Assembly: GCA_963727525.1 (NCBI GenBank)
Contig: CAVSGO010000007.1
Coordinates: 1,600,001-1,664,000 of the forward strand
Direction of reading: 5' to 3'
From: an uncultured bacterium
Lineage (GTDB): Bacteria; Krumholzibacteriota; Krumholzibacteriia; LZORAL124-64-63
DNA: 64,000 nucleotides
Within the stretch, counting starts at the first letter, position 1. The number at the start of each line of letters is the position of its first letter. This document shows, piece after piece, positions 30,475-42,601 of the stretch. The position numbers were made by a program, and so were the translations under genes. Below the pieces are notes generated by a model that saw only the letters and a program-made list of their open reading frames with translations, was not told where the DNA came from and made no database searches.

Positions 30475-32931
30475 TCACTCCCGCAATGTCACGATCGTCG
30501 CTCCCGGGTTGCTCTCCTGCTCGCCGGCGGGGCGGCAGGAGGCGACGCGGGAGTCGCGGGCGAGGCGCTCGAGGAGGGTGTCGCGCAAGCGGCCGGTGCC
30601 GATGCCGTGGATGAGGGTGATGCTCGTCAGACCCACGGGCAGGGCGCGGTCGAGCAGGCGATCGACGCGTTCCCAGGCTTCCTCGACACGCTGGCCGCGC
30701 AGGTCGAGCTCGGGCGTGAGTTCGGAGGCGTCGCCTTGCCAGGACCAGCCGCCGCGATCGCGCGGGCCCGCCGTGTCGACGACGGCGGCCGGACCGGTCG
30801 CCGGCTCGCCGCTCTCGGCGATGCGCTCCACGCCGTCGGGCGCGACGGTGAGGCGCATGCCCTCGGCCACGACGGTGATCTGGTTGCCGCGGACCTCGGT
30901 GACTCGCCCTTTCAGGCCCAGGTGCGGCACCCGCACGCGGTCGCCGACCTCCGGGGCCCCCCCGCGCGTCGGTTCGCTGGCGGGCACGTCGGGAAGCCGG
31001 CGCGCGAGATCGTCGGCAACGTCGCGCGCTCGCTTGACGACGACCTTCTCTCCCAGCGTATCGCGCACCTCGCGCACGGCGCGCTCGATCTCGCGGCGGG
31101 CCTCGGCCAGGAGATCATCGCCGGCGCGGCGTACGCGGGCGAGCTCGCGCTTGTGGTCGCGGTCGAGGTCGCCCAGGCGAGTGTCGAGTTCCCGCTCGCG
31201 CGCGGCGAGCTGCTGCCGGCGCACGTCGAGGTCGGCCTGGTCGCTCACGAACCGGCGCGCCCGCCGACCGAGGTCGGCCAGCAAGGCCTCGATCTGCACC
31301 CGATCCTCGCCCACGCGGGCGCGAGCGGCAGTGAGGAGGTCGGCGTCGAGGCCCACGCGACGGGCGATGTCGAAGGCGTGGCTCGCGCCGGGGTCGCCCA
31401 GGCGCACGGCGAAGAGCGGCTGTAGCGAGGCCTCGTCGTAATCCATAGCGGCGTTGATCATGGCGGGATGGTCGTTCACCGCCGCCTTCAGCAGGCCGTA
31501 GTGCGTCGAGGCGATCACCAGCGCGCCCCGCGCGGTCAGACGCTCGAGCACGGCGAAGGCGAGCGCCGTACCTTCCTGCGGATCCGTCCCGGTGCCGATC
31601 TCATCGCAGAGCACGAGGCTGTTTTCGTCGGCGTCGGCGAGGAAGCGGCGCAGATGCGTGAGGTGCGCGCTGAAGCTGGAGAGCGACTCCTCGATCGATT
31701 GCTCGTCGCCGAGATCGACGTGGAGTTGGCGCACCAGGGGCAGGCGCGTATCCTCGCGCGCAGGCACGTCCCAACCGGCCTGCGCCAGCAGCACGAACAC
31801 CCCCACCGTCTTCATGGCCACCGATTTGCCGCCCGCGTTGGCGCCGCTGATCACCACGGCGCGCACGGCCGCTGGCAGCTCCAGATCGAGAGGTACGACG
31901 TCGCCGTGGTCCTCGCCCCGTTGGCGGGCGTCGTCGAGCGCGGCCGCGAGCAGGGGATGCCGCCCCTGACACACGCGCAGGGTGGCGCCTCTCTCGAGGC
32001 GGCAGCGCACGCCGCGCCGCTGGCGGCTCCACAGCATGCCGGCGCGTACACGGTCGACGAGCAGGAGCACGCCGGCCGCGGCCCCGAGGTCGTCCGCGGC
32101 GGCATCAACCAGACGGTTCAGCGCGAGCAGGATGCGCGTCTCCTCGGCACCGATCTCCAGGCGCAGCTCCGCCAGCTCGTTGGCCAGGTGCACCACGCCG
32201 GCGGGCTCGACGAAGATCGTGGCACCGGTGGACGAGCGGTCGTGCACGATGCCGTTGATCTTGCGGCGCTCGCCCGAGCGCACGGGCAGGCAGAATCTGT
32301 CGCCGCGTAGCGTGACCTCGTCGCCGGTGAGCAGACCGCGGCTGCGCGCGCCGTCCATGGCGTCGCCCACGGCCTGGCGCACGTGGCGTTCCTGACTTGC
32401 GGCCGCCCGCCGCAGGCGCGCGAGCACGGGACTGGCGCGGTCGGCGAGGCGGCCATCGCGATCGAGGCAGCGGCGGATCTCGGCCACCAGCGCGTCGAAG
32501 GGCGCCATCGCCTGCGCCGCGGCAGCCCACTGCGGCATGGCCGCGATCGCGCGCGCGAGGTGCACGCGCAGCGCGTCGAGGTCGGCCGCGAGGGCCGCCA
32601 CCTGCACGAGGTCGCTGCCCTCGAGGCGCCGCGGCGACGGGCGCGCGAGCTGGGCGAGGGCTGCGTCGACCTCGGAGACAGGCGGCCAGTGGTTTGCTTC
32701 GCCGGCGGGGCGCAACTCGTCGGCCAAGGTGCGCAGGAGCTCGATCGCATGGGCGTCGGCGAAGGGCAGCGTGCCGCGCACGGCAGCGGCAGCGCGGGGA
32801 TTCACGCAGTATCTGGCCACCTGCGCGGTGACGCGCTCCCAGCCCAGCAGGGCCAGGGCGCGCGGCGTGGCGACGGGCGCCGCCGCAGCGGCGTGCGCGG
32901 CGGCGTCCAGGGTGATGAGCAGCGGAATCAT
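30475..32931 (-). CDS. mutS2: endonuclease MutS2
   Basis: GIVHDRSSTGATIFVEP, ISGANAGGKS, DEQSIEESLSSFSAH, DEIGTGTDP, STHY, C-terminal Smr (LDLRG, IHGIGTG). Confidence 0.93.
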   Translation of the reverse strand: MIPLLITLDAAAHAAAAAPVATPRALALLGWERVTAQVARYCVNPRAAAAVRGTLPFADAHAIELLRTLADELRPAGEANHWPPVSEVDAALAQLARPSPRRLEGSDLVQVAALAADLDALRVHLARAIAAMPQWAAAAQAMAPFDALVAEIRRCLDRDGRLADRASPVLARLRRAAASQERHVRQAVGDAMDGARSRGLLTGDEVTLRGDRFCLPVRSGERRKINGIVHDRSSTGATIFVEPAGVVHLANELAELRLEIGAEETRILLALNRLVDAAADDLGAAAGVLLLVDRVRAGMLWSRQRRGVRCRLERGATLRVCQGRHPLLAAALDDARQRGEDHGDVVPLDLELPAAVRAVVISGANAGGKSVAMKTVGVFVLLAQAGWDVPAREDTRLPLVRQLHVDLGDEQSIEESLSSFSAHLTHLRRFLADADENSLVLCDEIGTGTDPQEGTALAFAVLERLTARGALVIASTHYGLLKAAVNDHPAMINAAMDYDEASLQPLFAVRLGDPGASHAFDIARRVGLDADLLTAARARVGEDRVQIEALLADLGRRARRFVSDQADLDVRRQQLAARERELDTRLGDLDRDHKRELARVRRAGDDLLAEARREIERAVREVRDTLGEKVVVKRARDVADDLARRLPDVPASEPTRGGAPEVGDRVRVPHLGLKGRVTEVRGNQITVVAEGMRLTVAPDGVERIAESGEPATGPAAVVDTAGPRDRGGWSWQGDASELTPELDLRGQRVEEAWERVDRLLDRALPVGLTSITLIHGIGTGRLRDTLLERLARDSRVASCRPAGEQESNPGATIVTLRE

Positions 32932-32939
32932 GGGTTCGA

Positions 32940-33530
32940 CTACTTGCTGATGTCCTTCTTCACCTTGCCGGCCTTCTCGGCGGCCGTATCCCCGGCCTTG
33001 TCGACGGCCTCGCGGCCTTGCTCGACGACCTTCTCCCACAGGTCCTCGCCCTTGCCGCCCAGGAGCTTGCGAACGCCGATGTAGAGATTCGGCGCCGCTT
33101 CGTAAACGACACGGCCCACCGGCTGCCGCAAGAACGTCTCGCGTACGCCGTCGCCGCCGGGAGCCTGGCTCACGGCGATGAGGCCCACGCTGATGACGAG
33201 CGCGCCGATGACCACGCCGCACACGGCGCCACCGATCTCGTCGACCATGCCGAGCGCCGTGTGGCGCACCGCCTTCTTCACCGCCAGCGCCGCGAACCAG
33301 GTGATGACCAGTCCCACGACGAAGACGAGGACGTAGCTGACGAAGAGCGACGTCGACGTGTTCAGCGCCGTGTGCGCGGCCAGCCACGGCGCCACGCTCG
33401 CGGCGAACCGCGCCGACGCGAGCAGACTGAACACGAGGCCGGCCAGTTCCACCACGCGGCGCACCACGCCGGCCCGCCAGCCGAAGAGCCCGCAAACGGC
33501 GATCATGGCGACGACCATGACGACGGCCAT
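32940..33530 (-). CDS. CvpA-family membrane protein
   Basis: Four TM segments, GWRAGVVR, DEIGGAVCG; yqeY-cvpA-mutS2 synteny. Confidence 0.85.
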   Translation of the reverse strand: MAVVMVVAMIAVCGLFGWRAGVVRRVVELAGLVFSLLASARFAASVAPWLAAHTALNTSTSLFVSYVLVFVVGLVITWFAALAVKKAVRHTALGMVDEIGGAVCGVVIGALVISVGLIAVSQAPGGDGVRETFLRQPVGRVVYEAAPNLYIGVRKLLGGKGEDLWEKVVEQGREAVDKAGDTAAEKAGKVKKDISK

Positions 33531-33553
33531 GAGGATGCTCCTATTCTCGTGGG

Positions 33554-34006
33554 TCAGCTCTGGAGCAGCTTCTTGACGATGCCGCTCACGCGGCCGCCCT
33601 CGGCGCGGCCCATGACCTTCGCCATCGCGACGGGCATGACCTTGCCCATATCCTTCGGGCTGGTCGCACCCACCTCGGCGATGGCCTCGCGCACCACCGA
33701 CTCCAGCGCATCATCGTCGAGCGCCGCCGGCAGGTACGTCTGCACGATCGCCAGTTCCTTCTCGTTCTCGGCGACGAGATCGTCGCGGTGCGCGTCGCGC
33801 GCGCCCTGCATGGCGTCCTTCACCTTCTTCGCGTACGACTGCAGGATCTTGAGCACATCCTCGTCCTGCAGTTCCTTGCGCTGGTCGACCTCGACCTGCT
33901 TGAGCGCCGCCTGCAGCATGCGCAGCACACCGAGCTTATTCTTCTCCTTAGCCTTCATCGCGGCGATGACGTCGGCCTTGATGCGGGCTGCGATCTCGCT
34001 GGCCAT
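33554..34006 (-). CDS. GatB/YqeY domain protein
   Basis: AAMKAKEK, YLP, KDMGKVM; GGAGG RBS before ATG 34006. Confidence 0.92.
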   Translation of the reverse strand: MASEIAARIKADVIAAMKAKEKNKLGVLRMLQAALKQVEVDQRKELQDEDVLKILQSYAKKVKDAMQGARDAHRDDLVAENEKELAIVQTYLPAALDDDALESVVREAIAEVGATSPKDMGKVMPVAMAKVMGRAEGGRVSGIVKKLLQS

Positions 34007-34117
34007 GTTTGCCTCCTGGCGCGCCGCGTCGTGGGCGGCTGCGGTGGAATCGTGTGCAGCCAGTTTAGGCGGCAGGCAAGCAGGGGTCAAGCGGGTGGGG
34101 GGGCAAGCAAGCGAGCG

Positions 34118-34912
34118 TCACGCCGACGCCGGCAGCCGCCAGGCCTGGCGCACGGCTTGCAACGTCACGAGGCCCGCCGCGGCGGCGGTCTCGGCCCGCA
34201 GCAGGTGCGGCCCCAGGGTGACAGGTACGGCCCGCGCCCGCAGGAGCAGTGCCAGCTCGGCGTCGGTCCATCCGCCTTCGGGTCCCACAAAGAAGGTGAG
34301 CGACGCGGGAGGCGCATCGCCGTGCGCGCGCCGAGCAGCCGCCTCGATCGCCAGCTCCACGCCGGAACGCACCAGTTGCCCGACCACGTCGCCGGGGGCC
34401 GCCCCGAAGAAACTCGGGCCGTCGGCCATGCCGAGCGTGGCGCCCAGGCCGGCCAGGGTGGTGAGCTCGGGCAACCAGCAGCGTTGCGATTGCTTGAGGG
34501 CCGCCACCAGGAGCGTGCGCCATCGCTCCTGCTTGCCTGCGCGCGGATCGATCACACCATGCTCGCAACGCAGGGGCACGATGCGGTGTGCACCCAGCTC
34601 CACCGCCTTCTCCAGCGCGAACTCGTAGCGTTTGCCCTTGACCACGGCACAGGCCAGATTCAGCAGGGGCGCCGCCATCTCGCCTGGCGGTGTGGCGACG
34701 TCCACGACCTCCAGGCGCGCGTGCCCCCGCAACTGATCGACCAGCTTGCCCTGCAGCACACGGCCGCGGCCGTCGGTGAGCTCGACCAGCCGCCCCGCGT
34801 CGGCGCGCAACACGTGCGTGAGATGGTGGCTCTCGTCGGCGGTCAGCGTGACGACATCGCCCAGTCGCGGCGACGGAGCTGAAGGCGCGAGGTCGATGAA
34901 GAAGCGACGCAC
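34118..34912 (-). CDS. rsmE: 16S rRNA m3U1498 methyltransferase
   Basis: HHLTHVLR, KAVELG, VGPEGG, LRAETA. Confidence 0.94.
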   Translation of the reverse strand: MRRFFIDLAPSAPSPRLGDVVTLTADESHHLTHVLRADAGRLVELTDGRGRVLQGKLVDQLRGHARLEVVDVATPPGEMAAPLLNLACAVVKGKRYEFALEKAVELGAHRIVPLRCEHGVIDPRAGKQERWRTLLVAALKQSQRCWLPELTTLAGLGATLGMADGPSFFGAAPGDVVGQLVRSGVELAIEAAARRAHGDAPPASLTFFVGPEGGWTDAELALLLRARAVPVTLGPHLLRAETAAAAGLVTLQAVRQAWRLPASA

Positions 34913-34921
34913 GGCGCGACC

Positions 34922-36073
34922 TCAGTCGTAGATGTGCCGGCCCGGCGGCGGCACCTGGGTGCTCAACTCGTCCTGCAGTGCCCGCAGGCGCTCGATCTGC
35001 GAGGTCGAGAGATCGGTGGGTGTCCACGCGATGACGCGCACGAGCTGGTCGCCGATGCCGCTGCCGTTGAGATGGGCGATGCCCTTGCCGCGCATGCGGA
35101 AGATCTTGTGGCTCTGCGTGCCGGCCGGGATCTTCAGCGCCACCTTCGACTCCAGGGTGGGTACGGTGATCTTGGTGCCGAGCATGAGATCGAGGGGCGA
35201 CACGGGCAGGTCGATGAGCACGTCGTCGCCGTGGCGCTCGAAGGCGTCATCCTCGGCCACGTCCATCACCACGCGCAGATTGCCGGCGGGACCACCCTGG
35301 CCGCCGGCGTCGCCCTTGCCGGGAATCTCCATGTAGTTGCCTGTGGTCACACCTGCGGGCACGGTGATCTCGAGCGTCTCCTCGCCCCGCACAGTGCCGG
35401 TGCCATTGCAGTCGTGGCAGGGGTCGGCAATCACGCGGCCCGTGCCGCTGCACTGCGGACACACGGTCTCGGTGACCATGCGGCCGAGCAGCGTCTGGCG
35501 CACCTGGCGCACACGCCCATGGCCGTGGCAGGTGCCGCAGGTCTGGGATTGGCTGCCGGGCGCGGCGCCACTGCCGGAGCACGTGCCGCACTGCACCTGC
35601 TTCTGCACCTTGAGCTTCTTCTTCACGCCGCGCGCGGCCTCGCGCAGCGTGAGCTTGAGCACGATCTGGAGGCTGCGCCCGCCGCGACGTCCCGCCTCGC
35701 CGCCGCCGCCGGCGCCGCCGAAGATGTCGCCCATGCCGAAGTCGCGCATGAAGGAGCGCAGGGCCTCGTTGAGGTCCATGTCGAAGCCGCCGAAGCCGCC
35801 CTGGAAACCGCCACCGCCGAAACCGCCGGCTCCGCCGGCCATGCCGGCCGGACCGGCGTGGCCGAAGTGGTCGTACGAGGCGCGCTTGTCGGCGTCCTTG
35901 AGCACCTCGTAGGCCTCGGTGGCCTCGCGAAATTTCTCCGGCGCCGCAGGATTGTCCGGATTCCGGTCGGGATGGTACTTCACCGCGAGCTTGCGGTACG
36001 CCTTCTTGAGGTCGTCCGTGCTCGCGTCCTTGTCCACGCCGAGGATCTCGTAGTAGTCGCGCTTCGTCGCCAT
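34922..36073 (-). CDS. dnaJ: chaperone DnaJ
   Basis: J domain HPD, G/F region, four CxxCxGxG repeats. Confidence 0.98.
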   Translation of the reverse strand: MATKRDYYEILGVDKDASTDDLKKAYRKLAVKYHPDRNPDNPAAPEKFREATEAYEVLKDADKRASYDHFGHAGPAGMAGGAGGFGGGGFQGGFGGFDMDLNEALRSFMRDFGMGDIFGGAGGGGEAGRRGGRSLQIVLKLTLREAARGVKKKLKVQKQVQCGTCSGSGAAPGSQSQTCGTCHGHGRVRQVRQTLLGRMVTETVCPQCSGTGRVIADPCHDCNGTGTVRGEETLEITVPAGVTTGNYMEIPGKGDAGGQGGPAGNLRVVMDVAEDDAFERHGDDVLIDLPVSPLDLMLGTKITVPTLESKVALKIPAGTQSHKIFRMRGKGIAHLNGSGIGDQLVRVIAWTPTDLSTSQIERLRALQDELSTQVPPPGRHIYD

Positions 36074-36121
36074 CGACCGTTCCCTTACTGGACTGACGTT
36101 CCTGTCATCACGGGGCCAGAA

Positions 36122-36742
36122 TCACTGGGCGAGGATCACACGGCTGGGCCGGAGCACCAGTCCGTCGAGGGTGAACCCCTTCTGGACCACCTGCAACACG
36201 GTCCCCGTCTCCACCGCCTCGGGGCCGGGGATCTGGCCCAGGGCCTCGTGCAAGGCGGGATCGAAGGGCTGCCCCTCGGCGGCGATCTCCTGGACGCCGC
36301 GGTCCTGCAGCACCTGCTTGAAGCTCTGCGCGATCAGCTCCACACCCTGGCGCAGGGCGGCGAGGCTGGCGTCCGCGTCGTCGCTGCCGGCGGCCTGGCC
36401 GGTGGCGTGGAGGGCGCGATCGAAATTGTCCTGCACCTCCAGGAGCGACCGCAGCAGATCGGCGGCCGTGAAACGCCGTGCGTCGTCCACCTCGCGCCGG
36501 GTGCGCTTGCGCAGATTGTCCATCTCCGCGAGCAAGCGCAGCCAGCGGTCGTGCAGTTCGTCGCGTTCACGGCGCAGCAACGCCTCGGGCGAGGTGTCGG
36601 ATTCGCTCGGCGTCGCGGGCGTGGCGACGGCCTCTAAGTCGATCCCATCAGGGAGTTCCGCCGCCTCGGCCATCGCCTCGTCGGCCGTCGTTTCCTCGCG
36701 CGGAGATTCGTTGCGCGGCTCGTCGTCGCGGCGTTCGGTCAT
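36122..36742 (-). CDS. grpE: nucleotide exchange factor GrpE
   Basis: AEMDNLRKR, FDPALHEA, QKGF...LRPSRV. Confidence 0.96.
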   Translation of the reverse strand: MTERRDDEPRNESPREETTADEAMAEAAELPDGIDLEAVATPATPSESDTSPEALLRRERDELHDRWLRLLAEMDNLRKRTRREVDDARRFTAADLLRSLLEVQDNFDRALHATGQAAGSDDADASLAALRQGVELIAQSFKQVLQDRGVQEIAAEGQPFDPALHEALGQIPGPEAVETGTVLQVVQKGFTLDGLVLRPSRVILAQ

Positions 36743-36767
36743 CGTCGGTAAGTCCTTTCCGCCGCCG

Positions 36768-37805
36768 TCAACTCACGGAGGCAAGATTGGTCCGCAGCAG
36801 GTCGATCCCGGCGAGCGCGCGGTCGTACGGCATCCGCCGGGGACCGAGCACGGCGAGGATCCCCTCGCGCCCCCCTAGCGGGAAGCGGTGGGACACCACG
36901 GTGAACTCGCGCAGGTCGCCCACGGGATTCTCGCGCCCGATCCACACGCCGAGTCCGCCATTGGCCGCCAGGTCGAGGCGGCGCAGGGCATCGCGAATGG
37001 TCCGCGGCGACTCGAGAAAACGGATGAGGGTCTTGAGCGTCCCGGGCTCGGCGAATTCCGGCGCATCGAGCACGGCGCCCACGCCGCCCAGTTCCAGTTC
37101 GCCCGCCTCGATCTCCGCGAACAGGTCGCCGCTGCGCCGCGCCAGATCCGTGGCACAGCGCCCGGCCGCACCGTCGCCGGGCTGGATGGACGGGAGCACG
37201 CCCGCCCGGACGGCCGCCACGGTGCGCCCGCAGATGCGCTCGGAAAGGAGCTGCGCGGCGGCATCGACCATCGCCGGCGCGTAGTCGTCGTTCATTGGCA
37301 CCACCGTGGTGCGCACCATCGCGTTCTCGAGCACGAGCACCATGAGGATGCGCCGGTTTCCCTTGGGATACAGCTCGAGCCGCAGGGCACGCACCTGGTC
37401 CCAGCACGGGCCGAGGATGATGCCGATGTTCGCGGTGAGCCGGCTCAGCAGCCCGGCCAGCGCCTTCACCATGGCCTGGCTCCCCTGGTGACGCTGGATG
37501 CCCTCCTCGACCTCGCGGGCGAGCGGTCGCGGCGTCTCCCAGCGCGAGAGCGGCCAGCCGGCGAGCACGCGGTCGACGAAGACGCGGAAACCCGCATCCG
37601 TGGGTCGGCGGCCGGCGGCGGAGTGCGGCTTCGCGAGGAGGCCGTCGTCCTCGAGCCCCTTCATGACGATCCGGATGGTGGCCGACGAGTAGACGCCGCG
37701 CAGGTAGCGCTCCACCAGGCCAGAGCTCACCGGCCGCCCCGTCTCCACGTGGAGGCGCACCACGGCATCGAGGATCTCCCAGGATCGCTGCGGGTTGGTC
37801 GTCAC
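36768..37805 (-). CDS. hrcA: heat-inducible transcription repressor
   Basis: PVSS, SSATIR, KPHSAAGRRPT, IGREN, LGPRRMPY; GGAGG RBS before GTG 37805. Confidence 0.92.
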   Translation of the reverse strand: MTTNPQRSWEILDAVVRLHVETGRPVSSGLVERYLRGVYSSATIRIVMKGLEDDGLLAKPHSAAGRRPTDAGFRVFVDRVLAGWPLSRWETPRPLAREVEEGIQRHQGSQAMVKALAGLLSRLTANIGIILGPCWDQVRALRLELYPKGNRRILMVLVLENAMVRTTVVPMNDDYAPAMVDAAAQLLSERICGRTVAAVRAGVLPSIQPGDGAAGRCATDLARRSGDLFAEIEAGELELGGVGAVLDAPEFAEPGTLKTLIRFLESPRTIRDALRRLDLAANGGLGVWIGRENPVGDLREFTVVSHRFPLGGREGILAVLGPRRMPYDRALAGIDLLRTNLASVS

Positions 37806-37894
37806 GGTCGTCGCCTCCGGGCGATGCGTGTCGTGGCCGAAAAAACGGGGGCCACGCCCCCGGCACCGGCACACGCGGGCTGTCGCCCGGCGCC

Positions 37895-37924
37895 AAGGTA
37901 ACTCCGGTGTTTCCGGGGTGTCAA
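37895..37924 (-). promoter_or_regulatory. possible sigma70 promoter for hrcA-grpE-dnaJ
   Basis: TTGACA-18 nt-TACCTT overlapping the hemW stop. Confidence 0.45.
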
Positions 37925-39072
37925 CCGGCGCTGGTCGCCGCGATGCGTTCCTCGATGGTGTCGAGGTGCAGGAATCCCCGCGGCGTCAGACGCAGGCGGT
38001 CGTCGGCCACGGTCCACAGGCCCTCCCGCTCGCCGCGCGGCAGATCCAGCTCCCTGGACGGCACGCGCGCCAGTGGCACGCCCTCGGCCGTGCGCAGCGG
38101 CAAGATCACCGCCTCGAGCCGCCGAGCCTCGAGGTCGAGAGGGTCGACGCTCGCCTCGGGTACCTCGCCGGCTTCCACCCGCGCCACGTAACGCGTGGGA
38201 TTGGCCTCGTTGGCGTAGCGGCGGCGGCCCCAGAAGCCGTGGGCCGACGGCCCCAGCCCCAGGTAAGGGTAACCTTGCCAGTATGCGCGGTTGTGCCGCG
38301 ATTCGGCGCCGGGGCGCGCGAAGTTGCTCATCTCGTACTGCCGCAGACCGCGCCGCTCCAGATGGTCCACCACTGCCAGATAGATGGCCTCGGTCACCGC
38401 CGATGGCGCGCGCCGTACGCGGCCGGCGGCCACGGCCGCGGCGAGGGGCGTGCCGGCGTGCAGCTCCAGGATGTAGAGCGAGATATGCTCCACGCCGAGA
38501 TCGATGGCCTCATCCAGCTCGGCGCACAGCCCGTCGCGGGTGACGCCCGGCGCGAGGATCCAGTCGGCCGACACGCGCGCAAACCCGGCCCGCGCCAGCC
38601 GGAGCCCCCCCCGCGCGGTGGCGGGATCGCAATGCCGTCCCAGCAGCGCGAGCACGCCGGCGTCGAGACTCTGTACGCCGAGGCTGATACGATTGATCCC
38701 CGCGTCGCGCCACGCGGCGACGATCTCCGCGTCGAGCGACTCGGGATTGGCCTCGGCCGTCAGCTCGAACTCGGCCGTGTGAGGCAGCCGCCCCACGGTG
38801 CCGGCGAGCAGCTCCTGCATGAGCGGCGGATCGAGCAGCGAGGGCGTGCCGCCGCCGACGTAGGCCGTGGCCAGCGGTCGCGTTCCCGCGCCAAGCACCT
38901 GGCAATGCTCGGCGCGCAGGACGAACTCGCGCACGATGGCGCGCGCCACGCGGGCGCGCAGGTCGGCGTCGTGGCGCGCCGTGCGTGCGAAGTGGCAATA
39001 GCTGCAAAGGGAGGCGCAGAACGGTATGTGGAGATACAGCCCGCCGCCCCGCATGTCGCCGCGCGCCGTCAT
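37921..39072 (-). CDS. hemW: radical SAM heme chaperone HemW
   Basis: LYLHIPFCASLCSYCHF, GGGTPS, YEMSNF, HNRAYW; lepA-hemW-hrcA synteny. Confidence 0.9.
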   Translation of the reverse strand: MTARGDMRGGGLYLHIPFCASLCSYCHFARTARHDADLRARVARAIVREFVLRAEHCQVLGAGTRPLATAYVGGGTPSLLDPPLMQELLAGTVGRLPHTAEFELTAEANPESLDAEIVAAWRDAGINRISLGVQSLDAGVLALLGRHCDPATARGGLRLARAGFARVSADWILAPGVTRDGLCAELDEAIDLGVEHISLYILELHAGTPLAAAVAAGRVRRAPSAVTEAIYLAVVDHLERRGLRQYEMSNFARPGAESRHNRAYWQGYPYLGLGPSAHGFWGRRRYANEANPTRYVARVEAGEVPEASVDPLDLEARRLEAVILPLRTAEGVPLARVPSRELDLPRGEREGLWTVADDRLRLTPRGFLHLDTIEERIAATSAG

Positions 39073-39074
39073 GG

Positions 39075-40073
39075 CTACTTGATGAGGTGGAACAGTCGTC
39101 CCAGCCGTGGACGCAGGCTGTCCTTGTCCCACGACCAGTAGAGGATCTCCGCCTTGCCCTTGATCAATTTCAACGACAGCGGACCCCAGTAGCGACTGTC
39201 CTGACTATTGAAGCGATTGTCGCCCATCATGAACAGATGACCGTTGGGCACCACGAACGGCGCATCGTGACGCACGGATTCCTGGATGATGGCGTCCTGG
39301 TGCTGCACCACGGCGCCCGCGGGCAGGTCGTGCTTGGCGAGGCTCTGCTGCAAGGCGGCGAGATGCGGACGCACGGCGGCCGTGTCGAGCACGCCGGCGC
39401 GCACGGCCGCGGCCGCGGTGGCCACGAAGGTAGCGTTGTCGTGGCCGCGCATCTCGGCCAGGCCGAGCGCGAGGTTGTAGGTCTCCTTGAGATTCGGCTG
39501 GCGCATGCCTTGCCGGTAGGCGACGGGATCGTGGAGAGTGCGCGGATTCGGGCAGACGTCGGGATCGCGCCAGTCGGGCACACAACTGTGGTCGCCGTCG
39601 CGGTCGCCGAAGTTGGACTCGTAGATCTCGCCGTTGACGTAGGTGACGCCGTCGCGCACGGCCACGCGGTCGCCAGCCACGGCCACGCAGCGCTTGATGT
39701 AATCGAGGTCGCGGTCCTTGGGGTATTCGAAGACGATGATGTCGCCCTGACGCGGCTGCCGCAGCGCAGGCAGCTTCAGGACCGGCAGCCCGTCGACGAG
39801 CGTCCAGTGGAAGATGCGGATACGTTCCGGCGTCTTGGCGCCGTAAAGGAACTTGTCGACGAAGAGGAAATCGCCCACGAGCAACGTGTTCTTCATCGAG
39901 CCGGTCGGAATGCGGAAGGCCTGGAAGAGGAACTGCTTGATCAGCAGCGCGATGGCCAGCGCCCAGACGATGGCCTTGAAGTACTCCCAGACCGTCTGCT
40001 TGAAGCCGCGCTCCACCTTGACGGAACCGCGCGCCGTCACCGCGGCGGCGGGGCCCGACTCCGGCCGGGCCAT
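39075..40073 (-). CDS. lepB: signal peptidase I
   Basis: IPTGSMKNTL, YIKRC, GDNRFNSQDSRYWG; start uncertain (40073 or slightly upstream). Confidence 0.93.
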   Translation of the reverse strand: MARPESGPAAAVTARGSVKVERGFKQTVWEYFKAIVWALAIALLIKQFLFQAFRIPTGSMKNTLLVGDFLFVDKFLYGAKTPERIRIFHWTLVDGLPVLKLPALRQPRQGDIIVFEYPKDRDLDYIKRCVAVAGDRVAVRDGVTYVNGEIYESNFGDRDGDHSCVPDWRDPDVCPNPRTLHDPVAYRQGMRQPNLKETYNLALGLAEMRGHDNATFVATAAAAVRAGVLDTAAVRPHLAALQQSLAKHDLPAGAVVQHQDAIIQESVRHDAPFVVPNGHLFMMGDNRFNSQDSRYWGPLSLKLIKGKAEILYWSWDKDSLRPRLGRLFHLIK

Positions 40074-40118
40074 TGTCTCGTCTCTGTGTCCAAACCAGCG
40101 CATCGACCGGTCACCTTC

Positions 40119-41912
<1,794 letters not shown>

Positions 41913-41927
41913 GCTTGTCGTCTGTTC

Positions 41928-42560
41928 CTAGAAGTTCACGCACCAGCACCAGAGCGTCACCGTGGGCATGTGATGCGAGCCCACGGGTTCCGGCAGCTCT
42001 GGCGCCGGGTGCTTGTCCCACTGGTCGGGCATGGGCAGCGCCTCGTGGTCGAACCCGAAGAGCTTGGCGCCCACGTACGCGTCCAGGGCCATGATCAGCA
42101 TGGCGCCGCCCGACCACCAGGCGTAGTCGCGCGCGATCTGGTATTCCTCGGCCGCGGTCGCCGCGAAGAAGTCGCGGTTGCCGCCCGGCTCCAGCGTGCG
42201 CGAGTACTCGCCCACGCGCGATGCCTGCCGGTCATGCGCCAGCAGGTTGCTCCAGTAGTACCACTCGAGTCCGAACGCCAGCGCCGCGCGCCAGCCGTTG
42301 CCTGCGTAGAGCTGCCCCCAGCCAGGCATCACGGGCGTCATGAGCACCGCGGTCGTGCCGCTGATGCCGGTATCGAAGAAGTCGGGAACCGGAGGGCGCA
42401 GTACTGCGAGGGAATCGCCGGGCGCCACCGTCGCCGTGTCGGCCGCGGCCGGAACCGGCTCCTCGGCGGCCCCGGCGGCCGGCGCCCCGAGGCCGGCGAA
42501 CGACATCGCCACGACCAGGGCCAGCAGCAGCTTCACCACGGCACCGTATCCGTCTCTCAC
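41928..42560 (-). CDS. hypothetical exported/outer-membrane protein (DUF5683-like)
   Basis: AAGGAG RBS before GTG 42560, signal peptide, PGWGQLY and DAYVGAKL motifs, C-terminal Phe. Confidence 0.7.
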   Translation of the reverse strand: MRDGYGAVVKLLLALVVAMSFAGLGAPAAGAAEEPVPAAADTATVAPGDSLAVLRPPVPDFFDTGISGTTAVLMTPVMPGWGQLYAGNGWRAALAFGLEWYYWSNLLAHDRQASRVGEYSRTLEPGGNRDFFAATAAEEYQIARDYAWWSGGAMLIMALDAYVGAKLFGFDHEALPMPDQWDKHPAPELPEPVGSHHMPTVTLWCWCVNF

Positions 42561-42601
42561 CGGCGGCTCCTTCGCCCGCTGCGCGCATTCACCGGGGAGC
42601 G

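Noticed and set aside
32932-33495. N-terminal extension of MutS2 in the 1006-aa ORF
   Set aside because: It overlaps the cvpA gene in another frame; MutS2-like sequence begins after ATG 32931.
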